A DNA stretch of 64,000 nt from Nostoc sp. DedSLP01 (GTDB lineage Bacteria > Cyanobacteriota > Cyanobacteriia > Cyanobacteriales > Nostocaceae), in NCBI GenBank assembly GCA_034530875.2, contig JAVRCJ020000014.1:128001-192000 (forward strand). The letters are read 5' to 3'. Below the pieces are notes generated by a model, which did no database searches, had not been told where the DNA came from, and worked only from the letters and a program-made list of their open reading frames with translations. Both the position numbers and the translations under genes were made by a program. Positions within the stretch are counted from its first letter, which is position 1. Every line of letters begins with the position of its first letter. This document shows, piece after piece, positions 18,841 to 28,724 of this stretch.

Positions 18841-21470
18841 ATCCTTCGTTTACTTTCGAGTATTTCTGTAGCTTTTTGAGCAGAAAGTGGTCGGTAGAAT
18901 AAAAAGCCTTGTACATCTTCACATTTGATAGATTTCAAAAACTCTAATTCTTCTTCGCTTTCTACACCTTCAGCTGTCAGTCTCAATCCCAAACTCTGCC
19001 CCAAGCTAACTATGGCTTTGATAATATGAGCAACTTTGTTATCGTGCTTCAAATCTTTAATAAAAGACTTATCAATTTTTAAATTGTGGAGTGGCAAAAG
19101 TTGTAGGCGCGAGAGGGAAGAATGACCAGTACCAAAGTCATCAATGGAGAGGTGAACGCCCATTTGCTGCAAATTTTGTAATACATTTCGGGTGAATTCT
19201 AAATCTTCAATAGCTGTACTTTCAGTAATTTCTAACTCTAAAAATCGAGCTTCTAATCCTGTTTGTTCTAATATTTGGGCTACAGTCTCTACTAATTGCG
19301 GTTGACGGAATTGCTTGAGAGAAAGATTAACAGCCATCATCAAAGGTGGTAATCCTGCATCTTGCCAAGCTTTATTTTGGCTACAGGCTGTCCGCAGTAC
19401 CCACTCGCCGATGGGGACAATTAATCCAGTTTGTTCGGCTAGAGGAATGAAAACACTAGGCGCGACCAATCCCATTTCTGGGTGTTGCCAGCGCAACAAA
19501 GCTTCCATACCAGTAATCTCTTGAGTCTCTATTTTGACTCTAGGCTGATAGTACACCGAAAATTCTTTGCGTTCTAAGGCATAACGCAAGCTTTTCTCTA
19601 GAGTTAAAAGTTCAGGATTCTTGGCGCTGAGAGAAACACTGTAGAATTGGTAGTTATTGCGCCCTCGATCTTTGGCATGATACAAAGCTGTATCCGCGTG
19701 CTGCATTAATGTTTCGGCATCATAACTATTACAATCGAACAAGGCAATACCAAGGCTGGCACTGATATAAAGTTCATGCTCTTGGAGATGAAAGGGATCT
19801 TCTAAGGTTTGTAAGATTCTCTGTGCCACTTGAGTCACTTCTTCGATGTTAGTCACTCGAGGAAGTAGGATAGTGAATTCATCACCTCCCCAACGAGCTA
19901 CAGTGTCTCCTTTTCTCAGTGAATCTTGTAATCTTTGAGCGACGTTTTGTAGTAGCTTGTCTCCCAGTGTGTGGCCGAGAGTGTCATTAATCGTCTTAAA
20001 GCGATCCAAATCCAGAAACATTACAGCTAAACTTTCTCCTTTCCTAGTTGCGTTGGGTAGGGCTTTGTCTAGCATCTCGTTAAATAGTAGACGATTGGGC
20101 AACCCTGTAAGCAGATCGTGGAGGGCTTGATAGCGAATCTTGTCTTCTACCTGCTGACGCTGCTTGGCACCGATAATACTGGCAGCCATTGTCAACAGGC
20201 TGGATTCTTCATGCGTTGACCAGTGACGCTCAAAGGTGCAGTCTGCCAAACCAAGGTAACCCCACAACTCGTTTTCTAAACGCAGAGGTACCAGCAGCAG
20301 AGATTGAATGCCATCTCGAATCAGTAATTCTCGCTCGCTGATGGGAAATGTTTCGGTGAGTCCGTTGATTGATTGCCCGCTGGAGAGGATATCGTACCAA
20401 CGTGTTAATCCAGAATCTTTATAAGGCTGATTTTGCCAAAGATGCTGAGTAGGTTCGATAGAAGGGCGCGTCCATTCAAAGCGCAGGCTGACTGCTATTT
20501 CTCCTATAGCAGGATGGGGATGATTTTGGAAAAGATAAGCGCGATCCGCTTTTGCAGCTTCGCCCAAAATAGATATAGCTTGCTCGACACCTGTTTCATA
20601 GTTCATTTCGCTAAGCAAAAAATTGGCGGCTTGTGCAACTGCTTGTAGCAAGCGATCGCGCTGGCGTAGTTCGGCTGTAGCTTGCTTTTGCTCTGTAATA
20701 TCCCTAGTAATAAAGGTTCTAATTAAATCGCTTTCAGGAAGGTAAAGAATCGATTGTTCAAAAACTTCCGTGCCTACTTCTACTTCACGCACAAAAGAAT
20801 TGTTTTCGAGATCTTTCACTTTACTCAGCAGCCCTATCAAAATCGGGTGTTCCATTCCAATCTCCCTAAGTTTGGGAAACTTCAGAGCTGCGGCGGGATT
20901 CAGATAAGTCACTCTTCCCTCTAAATCCATCTCAATAATTGGATTGGGAATCAGTTCGGGGAAGGATGCTAGGCGAGCAAGAGCCGCTTCACTCGCTGCT
21001 TCAAAGTTGGGATCGACAGCTACGGTTTGAAAAGGATTGGCAGGATGGGCTTGCTGTGATAAAAGATCCAATAAATCTTCGACATCGGATGGTTCAGAAA
21101 ATTCTTCTTCTGAAAGATTGGAAATAGCATAATATTTAGCTTGAGCTAGATTGCTCCCAAAATGTATAACATCTCCATGCCTGAGATTGTGAGAGAAGCA
21201 TCTATCGCCATTCACAAACAAGCCATTGGTACTTCCTTTTCCCTTATAGTTTCCATCAATAATCTGGAAGCCATATTGGTCAGTGTCTGGAACAGTAACC
21301 CGCAATAAGATTGCATGTTGCATTGACACTGACCTAGAAGCCAGAACAATAGTATTCGCAGAATGCCGTCCTATAGAATAAGTAGCCTCTTTCAGGGAGA
21401 TAATTCGCCGCCCTTCTAGGTCTTGGACGACCAGCAGATGGCGTATTTTTTCCCTCTCATTTCCTAGCAT
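18825..21470 (-). CDS. FHA-PAS-GAF-GGDEF-EAL diguanylate cyclase/phosphodiesterase
   Basis: FHA (IGRH..N...SVSMQHA..STNG), PAS, GAF, RKGD-x5-GGDEF (I-site present), EALLRW, DDFGTGHSSL. Confidence 0.93.
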   Translation of the reverse strand: MLGNEREKIRHLLVVQDLEGRRIISLKEATYSIGRHSANTIVLASRSVSMQHAILLRVTVPDTDQYGFQIIDGNYKGKGSTNGLFVNGDRCFSHNLRHGDVIHFGSNLAQAKYYAISNLSEEEFSEPSDVEDLLDLLSQQAHPANPFQTVAVDPNFEAASEAALARLASFPELIPNPIIEMDLEGRVTYLNPAAALKFPKLREIGMEHPILIGLLSKVKDLENNSFVREVEVGTEVFEQSILYLPESDLIRTFITRDITEQKQATAELRQRDRLLQAVAQAANFLLSEMNYETGVEQAISILGEAAKADRAYLFQNHPHPAIGEIAVSLRFEWTRPSIEPTQHLWQNQPYKDSGLTRWYDILSSGQSINGLTETFPISERELLIRDGIQSLLLVPLRLENELWGYLGLADCTFERHWSTHEESSLLTMAASIIGAKQRQQVEDKIRYQALHDLLTGLPNRLLFNEMLDKALPNATRKGESLAVMFLDLDRFKTINDTLGHTLGDKLLQNVAQRLQDSLRKGDTVARWGGDEFTILLPRVTNIEEVTQVAQRILQTLEDPFHLQEHELYISASLGIALFDCNSYDAETLMQHADTALYHAKDRGRNNYQFYSVSLSAKNPELLTLEKSLRYALERKEFSVYYQPRVKIETQEITGMEALLRWQHPEMGLVAPSVFIPLAEQTGLIVPIGEWVLRTACSQNKAWQDAGLPPLMMAVNLSLKQFRQPQLVETVAQILEQTGLEARFLELEITESTAIEDLEFTRNVLQNLQQMGVHLSIDDFGTGHSSLSRLQLLPLHNLKIDKSFIKDLKHDNKVAHIIKAIVSLGQSLGLRLTAEGVESEEELEFLKSIKCEDVQGFLFYRPLSAQKATEILESKRRIGDGA

Positions 21471-21863
21471 GGCTGTTCCTCAATTTTTCATAGCTTTAGG
21501 TCTTAGGTTGAAACATACTACTCCCGGAAATTCAGACTTTTAAGTTCGCATTTTTGGGAGATTGACTGAGTTAATTTATGGCTATATGTGATTAGAAAAT
21601 TGGGATGGAGATGCAAACTAAGGTTTGTCTTGAGAATTTACCTTCTGGAATGAGATGCCCAATTGCCTAATTAGTTTTTGTTGTATAAGTCTTAGCTGTT
21701 TTCTCAAGTCTGTTTTTTTTCTCCATATCATCTAACGTTCCTTGTTTTAGGATACCCAAAATAAAATTAAACGCCGGATTTGCTATATGGTATATTTGCG
21801 GATTTTTTATTCTGAAGTTATGCATAAATTCCGAAAAAACCACACAGTAGGAAATTTTATAAT

Positions 21864-21969
21864 AAATAAGCCGACATAATTAAATGTAAAATCCAAAGCA
21901 GCAAAACCTTTTACTGTTGAGGCTTTTACTTCCTACCTATAGCAAGAACTGCCTCCTGCCTTCTACTTA
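21864..21969. mobile_element. Dispersed repeat/MITE copy (second copy at 49997-50132)
   Basis: Shares GACATAATTAAATGTAAAAT and GCCTCCTGCCTTCTACTTA end with the copy upstream of purU. Confidence 0.6.
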
Positions 21970-22220
21970 ATTAAAAATTAAAAATTTTCTCTTGGAAAGT
22001 TCTTATGCCTGTGACAAGAAGCAAAGCTGATAATCCGTAAGCCAGGCCATCCTGCAAAAAGCAAGCTACAGAGTTCCCAGAAAATTCAGCATGAAAAAAA
22101 CTAGATATCATAAGGGTTTGAGCTTATGCATCTGTCACGTTCTTTTTTCAAATTGGTATTGATTGATTGCTGCATCAGTATCAGAATTGAAAAAAGATAA
22201 AAATAATCAATTAAACTCAA

Positions 22221-22249
22221 AAAAGCTAAATGCGATAAATTTAGCTTTT
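22221..22249 (-). terminator. Putative terminator downstream of TpsB gene
   Basis: AAAAGCTAAAT / ATTTAGCTTTT 11-bp stem, A-run on + strand (U-tail on -). Confidence 0.5.
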
Positions 22250-22463
22250 GAAACATTGTTTATTAATAGAAGCTGCTTCGAGCTTCAAGTTACTGTCACG
22301 ATAGGATGTACTAGTACAGAGTATCTTGTGCAGGTAAGGTAACTTTTCAAAAAGTGACAAATATTTATTTCATTTTTCAAAAAAAAATTATGCACTGATA
22401 CCAATTCTTTTTTCTTGATGAGTACTTTTTAAGTTTTAACTTTTGCCTTGTTTGATAACTGAT

Positions 22464-24260
22464 TTAAAAAGGATTATAAATTAAGCTAAAATACAAACCG
22501 TTTTCTTGTAATGTGCGATCGCCAGAGTCAACAGATACTAAAGGAACTCCCCAATCAAGACGAACAGTAAACCTATCGCCCTGCACCCAACGCAACCCCA
22601 AACCAACCGCAGCTAGGGTATTACGGTCTGGATTTTCTCCACCAGAACTATTCCAGCCAACACCAAAATCAACAAAAGGAACGACCTGCAAAATACTATC
22701 TATCTGGGATAAACGCAGAATTGGTACTTGAACTTCGCCAGAAACAAAAGCCCCATTATCTGTTAAAAGATAATCTTGACGATAGCCCCTAATACTATCT
22801 AGTCCGCCTAAACCAAATTGCTCGATGGGTAAAAGTCTTTTCGATGCCAGTTGTGTATTTAAACGAAGTAACAGCAAGGTGTCAGGAGCTAAAAGACGTG
22901 CCCACTGTGCTTGTCCTTGCCAAGCAAAAAAACGACTATCGGGAGGATTTTGGTTAATGGTAGCATCCAACACATCGATGCCCAAGTTAAATTGAGAGCG
23001 CACGGCGATGACTTCGCGGCTGTTGCGAGAAGTCCATTCTTGAAAAAATCGTAATGCAGATACCCTAGTGCGTCCCTGTTCATCGGCTCCTGGTGAAATT
23101 TCCGATGCGGGCACCCCTTCTCTCTGTAATAACGACGAGATATCACTTTCTCGTCGCGAAAGTGTTAACCCAACTGCCAATTCTTGTGTAGGAGTTTGGG
23201 TTATTGGCTGGCGAAATGTCAATTCGTAATAGCGAGAATCAGAATGGATATCTAAAAAGTCAAAAGGAGGTTCAATGACATTGCTTGAGGTAATGCCATA
23301 GTTCAAACTCAGCGTTCCGTTGCGGGGATTGAGTGGTAAGGTGTAACTAGCGTCAAAGGAGTTGCTACCATCGGTATTGGTGTAAGCTATACCCAGACTA
23401 TCCCCCAATCCCAATAAGTTAGCTTCATTCAATTGTAATCGGCGTCGGAAACTACCTACACTTGGCGATCGCCCATTATCCAAAACTATTTGGCTACTAA
23501 AGGTTTTTGCCTCATTAACCTTGACTTCCAACAGACTCGTACCCGTGCGCGATCCCGCCGAGAGTTCGGCAGACAAATTTTCAATCAAAGGATTAAGTTG
23601 CAAAAGTTGTAATGCTTCTAACAAACGCTGCCGATTCAGAGGAGGTGATGTGGCTATTGCGATGCGGTTGCGGATATAGTTGGCGTTCAACCGACGAGTG
23701 CCAGTTACTTGAATGTCTTCTAATTTACCTTCGATTACCTGAATTTTTACCACACCGGATCGGATTGTTTGCGGTGGGATATAAGCACCAGAGGTAATAT
23801 AACCATTTTTTACGTATAACTCAGTAATTTTAGAGCGTGCTTGATACACTTCGGTGAGAGAAATTGGCCGTTTGGTAAATTCAGCAGTAACAGCGGCTAA
23901 CTCTTGGGGAGTGAAAACTGTGCTACCAATGACTTCAAATCGTTCAACAGTAATTTTTTGAGGTAGCTTGTTAGGAACTGATTCCTCAGGTGTGGGACTT
24001 GGGGGAGAGGATGGAAACAGTTCTGCTGGTGGCGGAAGTGGCTGTGGCAATTCTGGTGAGGGAGCTGGAGAAGGCACAGGTGGCTGGACATCCTGTGGTG
24101 GTGGGATCTCTTGCGACAAGGGCGAATTGCTATTTGGTAGTTTTGTCCTATCAACAGTCTGAGCTTTAAGAGATGAACAATCTATAGCGCTGATAGATAC
24201 AAATACACTCAGTGGTAATAACCATAAAATTGCAATATTAACAGGATATTTATGAATCAT
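22464..24260 (-). CDS. ShlB/FhaC/HecB (TpsB) outer-membrane secretion/activation protein
   Basis: Signal plus Pro-rich linker, POTRA (ITELYVKNGYITSGAYIPPQ), IRGY motif, FVDFG, C-terminal Phe. Confidence 0.92.
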   Translation of the reverse strand: MIHKYPVNIAILWLLPLSVFVSISAIDCSSLKAQTVDRTKLPNSNSPLSQEIPPPQDVQPPVPSPAPSPELPQPLPPPAELFPSSPPSPTPEESVPNKLPQKITVERFEVIGSTVFTPQELAAVTAEFTKRPISLTEVYQARSKITELYVKNGYITSGAYIPPQTIRSGVVKIQVIEGKLEDIQVTGTRRLNANYIRNRIAIATSPPLNRQRLLEALQLLQLNPLIENLSAELSAGSRTGTSLLEVKVNEAKTFSSQIVLDNGRSPSVGSFRRRLQLNEANLLGLGDSLGIAYTNTDGSNSFDASYTLPLNPRNGTLSLNYGITSSNVIEPPFDFLDIHSDSRYYELTFRQPITQTPTQELAVGLTLSRRESDISSLLQREGVPASEISPGADEQGRTRVSALRFFQEWTSRNSREVIAVRSQFNLGIDVLDATINQNPPDSRFFAWQGQAQWARLLAPDTLLLLRLNTQLASKRLLPIEQFGLGGLDSIRGYRQDYLLTDNGAFVSGEVQVPILRLSQIDSILQVVPFVDFGVGWNSSGGENPDRNTLAAVGLGLRWVQGDRFTVRLDWGVPLVSVDSGDRTLQENGLYFSLIYNPF

Positions 24261-24540
24261 CGCACTGGACTATATGTCGATTTTAAAATTATGGGACTAT
24301 ACGGATACTGCTATAAATGTGAATCTTACTTCATCTTTTGCCACTAAAGTTAATATTGTCAGCAAATCTCCATCGAAACACTAAATTTAATCTTGATTGC
24401 AGACTTGAAGAAGAATTCAACAGCAAAGACAAAGATTTTGAAAGTTCTGGTTTTAATCTTCAGTACGATCGCTCCTGAATTTTGGCGATGGCGATCGCAT
24501 ATTAAAATAGCATTCAGAAGCTTTTGGGAATAGTGCTAGG

Positions 24541-24882
24541 ATGCGGCATTTTTCTGTTGATAAAATTAAAAATACTCGCAGTGAAGTTTTAAGCCAAGCT
24601 ACTGTTGAGCCTGTTTTACTCACAACGGAATCGCAATCAAGTTATGTAGTTATGTCGGTCGAAAGCTATGAGCAACTAATCAATCGACTTGCTCAGTTGG
24701 AGGATTTAGTATTCAGTGCAAGCCCAAATTGCCCTTTCAAACTCGCGAATGGTTGGTATCGAAACTTTTACGGCAGAACTCAAGCGTTTAGCTGCGCACA
24801 TGCAGATTTAGTTGAAGTAATTCTAGTTGGAAAGCGCAATGATAATGAAGTGTATAAGCAACTGAAGCGGTTACTGGGTTAG
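24541..24882 (+). pseudogene. Decayed type II TA module: frameshifted Phd/YefM-like antitoxin fused to C-terminal stub of RelE/ParE-like toxin
   Basis: PVLLT...YVVMSVESYEQL is Phd-like; a plausible antitoxin tail (QAQIALSNSRMVGIETFTAELKRLAA) continues in another frame after about 24718; final LVEVILVGKRNDNEVYKQLKR resembles a RelE C-terminus. Confidence 0.6.
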
Positions 24883-24906
24883 CTGTTGCGATAGTCCAGA
24901 GCTTGG

Positions 24907-25233
24907 CTACTGTTTGTATTTGCTATTTCTGCAAGATGGAGTCCGCCATGCTGCTTTGGGGATAGTACCAACCTCAATGCCTTTAACTCGAATGGATTTC
25001 TTTTTTGCTTTTCCATCCCATCGAACGCAGAACTTTCCATACTTCTCATAGATTGACAGAAGCGTTGTTTCTGCCGCATTTATTTCTTCTGTTTTTCTCT
25101 CAATGTCAGCTTGCTGCGATCTCTCGTATTCACCAATGAATGTGCCGTTGCTTTCAATCAGCAGCCGATTCATTTTTTTTCCGATGGGTTCAGAGCGCAC
25201 AAACAAAGTCATGCTGCCGATCTCCTTTGGCAC
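24907..25233 (-). CDS. Hypothetical protein
   Basis: 108-aa ORF, no recognised motif. Confidence 0.35.
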   Translation of the reverse strand: MPKEIGSMTLFVRSEPIGKKMNRLLIESNGTFIGEYERSQQADIERKTEEINAAETTLLSIYEKYGKFCVRWDGKAKKKSIRVKGIEVGTIPKAAWRTPSCRNSKYKQ

Positions 25234-25544
25234 AAACTAGTTATTAGACTGAAGCTTGCCACATCTTACACTAAGCGATTTAAGTAGAGAAAGGATTACA
25301 AGCATTTTAATCGAAATATCAAGAAATTTTTGAGATATCGTCAGTCTAACTAGCTTGTTTGGGGCTAATATCAACAAATTTTCTGTATATTCTCCTTTTT
25401 CAGATAACAGGCATACAAACCGTATATTTACTTAATTTTAGATGTAAGTATGGTCTTTTCGGTATATTCCTCGCTGATATCTATAAATTTTCTACATAAC
25501 ATCAAAACTAGGACATTATAAGGAATTTTTCTAGATATTACTCT

Positions 25545-28388
25545 ATGCAAGAACGATCAAAAAAGCTGTTGAGATGGATTGCATTATTTCTAGTTGGAAC
25601 ATTTCTGCAATTTTTGTTTTACATCCCAACACCAGTCTTATCCCAAAATTCCAATAGCTGTAGCAATATTACAGTTCCCTTGACACCTGAAGAACAAACT
25701 TATGCTCGTGGTGCTTGGCAGTATTTTGTGAAAAATTATCAGCCAGCAACGGGATTTACTAATTCTACTGGGGGTTATCCTTCTGGTACGCTCTGGGATA
25801 TGGGTAATTACCTGATGGCGTTGAATGCTGCACGCTGGTTGAATTTGACCGATCAAGCAGACTTTGATGCCCGCCTCAATAAGTTTTTGACAACTCTTAG
25901 CAGCTTGAAGTTATTTGAGGATGCCTTGCCGAATAAAGTCTATAACGCAGCCACGGGACAGATGGTTGATTATGGCAACAATCCGAATGAACGGGGTATT
26001 GGCTGGTCTGCTTTAGATATCGGTCGAATTTTGGCTGCCTTTGATGTGATTCGCAGTTGTCATCCGCAATATAATGATTGGCTCAAAGGAATTGTAGCAA
26101 AGTGGCAAGTGGCGCGATCGCTCAAAGACGAACAACTTTTTGGCGCTACCGTTCTTGCTGACAACAAAACCTTACTGGTGCAAGAAGGACGACTCGGCTA
26201 CGAAGAATACGGCGCTAGAGGTTATGGACTTTGGGGTTTCAACGCACCCAAAGCTATTGCTTTAGAACCGTTTAAGCTAGTGGAAATTAATGGCGTACAA
26301 ATTCCCGTTGATACCCGTGACTTTCAAAGCACTAACGCCAATAATTACGTTGTCAGTGAGTCTTATATTCTTGATGGTATTGAATTTGGCTTGCAAGGTA
26401 AGTTAGCTGATTTTGCAGCCAGAGTTTTAGACGTACAAAAACGGCGTTACGATAGCACAGGTCAGTTGACTGCGGTTACAGAAGACAATATCGACCAAGC
26501 ACCTTATTTTCTCTACAACACCGTCTACGCCAACGGCGCAAACTGGGCAACAATTACCGATGCTAACCAGCCTTATCCCCAGTTTCGCAGCATCAGTACG
26601 AAAGCTGCTTTTGGCTGGCACTATCTTTTTCCCGATAATGCTTATGCCCAAAAACTTTTTGATGCTGTCAAGGATCTCCGCAGTCCTGATGATAGTGGTT
26701 ACTATGCTGGAATCTATGAAGAATCAAAGCAACCCAACAAAGCTTTGACGGGTAATACCAATGGGCTAATTTTAGAGATTTTATATTACAAAGCTAGAGG
26801 AAATCGCCCTTTAATTGCTTCTAGTTCTGTAAATGTATCTACTGCTAAACCTAGTGAGAATGTAACGTCGTCAAATCAAGCGAATTCTACTGTTAAACCT
26901 AGCGAAAATGTAACGCCCTCAAATCAAGCTAATTCTACTGTTCCAGCTCCTACCTCGACCCCCATTGATAGTTCTAAAATTACGGAAGTGGCTGTTGCAC
27001 CGATTCCACCAGTGGGTAGTCCGGAGACATCGTGCAATCTCAAATTCAAAAGACCGCTAACGCTGATTGAACGACGCTATGCAGAGGCGGCTTGGCGATA
27101 TTTTCAGGCAAATTACCACTCCAAGAGTGGGCTAATTGACGATCGCAGCGATTTCAAAGGCGCAACTCTCTGGGGCTTAGGAGATTATCTCGCAGCACTT
27201 CATGCAGCGCGATCGCTGGATATAATTAATCCCAAAGAATTTGAAGGGCGCACCCGACATCTATTAGCAGCCTTGACAAAATTACCTTTATTTGCTGGTG
27301 AGTTGCCGAGCCGGGGTTACGATACAAGAACGCTGCAATCTATAGATTATGGTGGAAATCCAATTCCAGAAGGAAATGGCTGGTCGGCTTTAGATTTAGG
27401 CAGGATGCTGGCAGCACTTTACAACTTAAAAACCTGTCATCGAGAATATACCGCTGCTGTAGATAAAATCGTTCTGGATTGGTCATACTTGCGTGTGGTG
27501 CGCGAAGGTATTCTTTCGAGTGCAACTGTTAGCAAAGATGAATCTTCAGGGCGATCGCTTATCCGCGTCAACCCTGAAACCCGCTTGGGTTATGAAGAAT
27601 ATGCTGCTCGTGCTTTTCAATTATGGGGGTTTAATGTTGCTGGTTCTACTGTTGGCGGTGAATATCAAACTGCCTCAGTAGAGAAAGTGAAAGTCCCAAC
27701 TCAACGCCGTCGCACAGATACTAACTCCAAGGTCAACCAATACACAGTTAGCAATCCCTTCTTACTCTATGCTTTGGAATTTGGACTAGATCCACAAATG
27801 CGATCGCTCTTTGAGCCGATTTTTCAGGCGCAAGCCGAACGTTACCGCCGTACAGGCACTCTCACAGCTTCAGCCACCACCTTAATCGATCGCAAGCCAT
27901 ACACTGTCCACAGCACAATTACCGGACAAGGCGATGCTTGGATAGCCTTAGGAGATGACGGTCAACCCGTACCAAACGGGCGATTAGTAAGTACAGCAGT
28001 AGCTTTTGCTTATCATGCTTTGCTTCCAGAAAACAAATACAGCCAAGAATTACTGCAAGCTACGACTGATTTATACAATCCATCAGCTGGATTTTATGAA
28101 GGCTTTTATGAAACCACCGGGAAAACGGCAATTGGTTTCACTAGCAGCACCAACAGTATGATTTTGCAATCCTTGCTGTACAAAGCAATGAACGGACAAC
28201 CCCTAATTCGTCCGACTACCACCATGAAATCTCCCTGGTGGGTAGCAGTAACCAAAGGCGATTCTGGGCGAGGTTTACCCAACACCCCAATACAACAAAC
28301 TCAGTTAATTTCTGATGGTTCGGAAAGTTACTGGACTTCAACTAGCAAAAATACTCCACTAGTAACTCGCACAAAAGCCACAGAATAA
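25545..28388 (+). CDS. Secreted protein with two tandem DUF3131 (glycoside hydrolase-like) domains
   Basis: Signal peptide; twice AW.YF..NY..TG...TLW..G.YL.AL.AAR, GWSALD.GR, E.RLGYEEY; Ser/Pro linker. Confidence 0.85.
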   Translation: MQERSKKLLRWIALFLVGTFLQFLFYIPTPVLSQNSNSCSNITVPLTPEEQTYARGAWQYFVKNYQPATGFTNSTGGYPSGTLWDMGNYLMALNAARWLNLTDQADFDARLNKFLTTLSSLKLFEDALPNKVYNAATGQMVDYGNNPNERGIGWSALDIGRILAAFDVIRSCHPQYNDWLKGIVAKWQVARSLKDEQLFGATVLADNKTLLVQEGRLGYEEYGARGYGLWGFNAPKAIALEPFKLVEINGVQIPVDTRDFQSTNANNYVVSESYILDGIEFGLQGKLADFAARVLDVQKRRYDSTGQLTAVTEDNIDQAPYFLYNTVYANGANWATITDANQPYPQFRSISTKAAFGWHYLFPDNAYAQKLFDAVKDLRSPDDSGYYAGIYEESKQPNKALTGNTNGLILEILYYKARGNRPLIASSSVNVSTAKPSENVTSSNQANSTVKPSENVTPSNQANSTVPAPTSTPIDSSKITEVAVAPIPPVGSPETSCNLKFKRPLTLIERRYAEAAWRYFQANYHSKSGLIDDRSDFKGATLWGLGDYLAALHAARSLDIINPKEFEGRTRHLLAALTKLPLFAGELPSRGYDTRTLQSIDYGGNPIPEGNGWSALDLGRMLAALYNLKTCHREYTAAVDKIVLDWSYLRVVREGILSSATVSKDESSGRSLIRVNPETRLGYEEYAARAFQLWGFNVAGSTVGGEYQTASVEKVKVPTQRRRTDTNSKVNQYTVSNPFLLYALEFGLDPQMRSLFEPIFQAQAERYRRTGTLTASATTLIDRKPYTVHSTITGQGDAWIALGDDGQPVPNGRLVSTAVAFAYHALLPENKYSQELLQATTDLYNPSAGFYEGFYETTGKTAIGFTSSTNSMILQSLLYKAMNGQPLIRPTTTMKSPWWVAVTKGDSGRGLPNTPIQQTQLISDGSESYWTSTSKNTPLVTRTKATE
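26838..26942 (+). repeat. 48-bp tandem duplication in inter-domain linker
   Basis: STAKPSENVTSSNQAN / STVKPSENVTPSNQAN / STV. Confidence 0.85.
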
Positions 28389-28446
28389 GCCGAAACGTAA
28401 CTAACTGTAAATACAAAGGCTTGTTTGTTAATAACCAGTTGCATTT

Positions 28447-28455
28447 GGGAATACT
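28447..28455 (+). promoter_or_regulatory. Candidate SigJ-type -10 element (J-box GGGAATACT) upstream of GT2 gene
   Basis: Exact GGGAATACT about 270 bp upstream of ATG 28725. Confidence 0.45.
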
Positions 28456-28510
28456 TGTACATGAGTCAATGTAGTCATATCTTTTCCGGCTAACAACTCA
28501 AATCAAAAAA

Positions 28511-28593
28511 TATCCAATTAACTCTTGTGGGGTGGGCGTCTCGCCCGCCCATAGCCAAGGGTGGGCAATATGCCCACTCTACAAAATTGGATA
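28511..28593. repeat. REP-like compound palindrome
   Basis: TATCCAATT...TTGTGGGGTGGGC / GCCCACTCTACAA...AATTGGATA nested inverted arms. Confidence 0.65.
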
Positions 28594-28724
28594 ATTTATT
28601 TTTTGGATTTACAATCTATTTTCAAAAATCATTATGACAAACGAAGCGTAAAAAGTGACTACCAATAGGTATTTTTTCAACAAAGATTACGCCAATACAA
28701 ACTAAAATCCAAAATCTTACTAAG

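Noticed and set aside
18671..18922. Small ORFs built on STRR/MITE sequence (also 38323-38539, 41545-41805, 48995-49285, 56502-56693, 58731-58955)
   Set aside because: Translations are low-complexity products of heptamer/nonamer repeats and overlap real genes.
21471..22463. c-di-GMP riboswitch or sRNA in the 1-kb spacer
   Set aside because: No recognisable GEMM consensus; visible structure is explained by repeat remnants and a terminator. A covariance-model search would be needed to exclude it fully.
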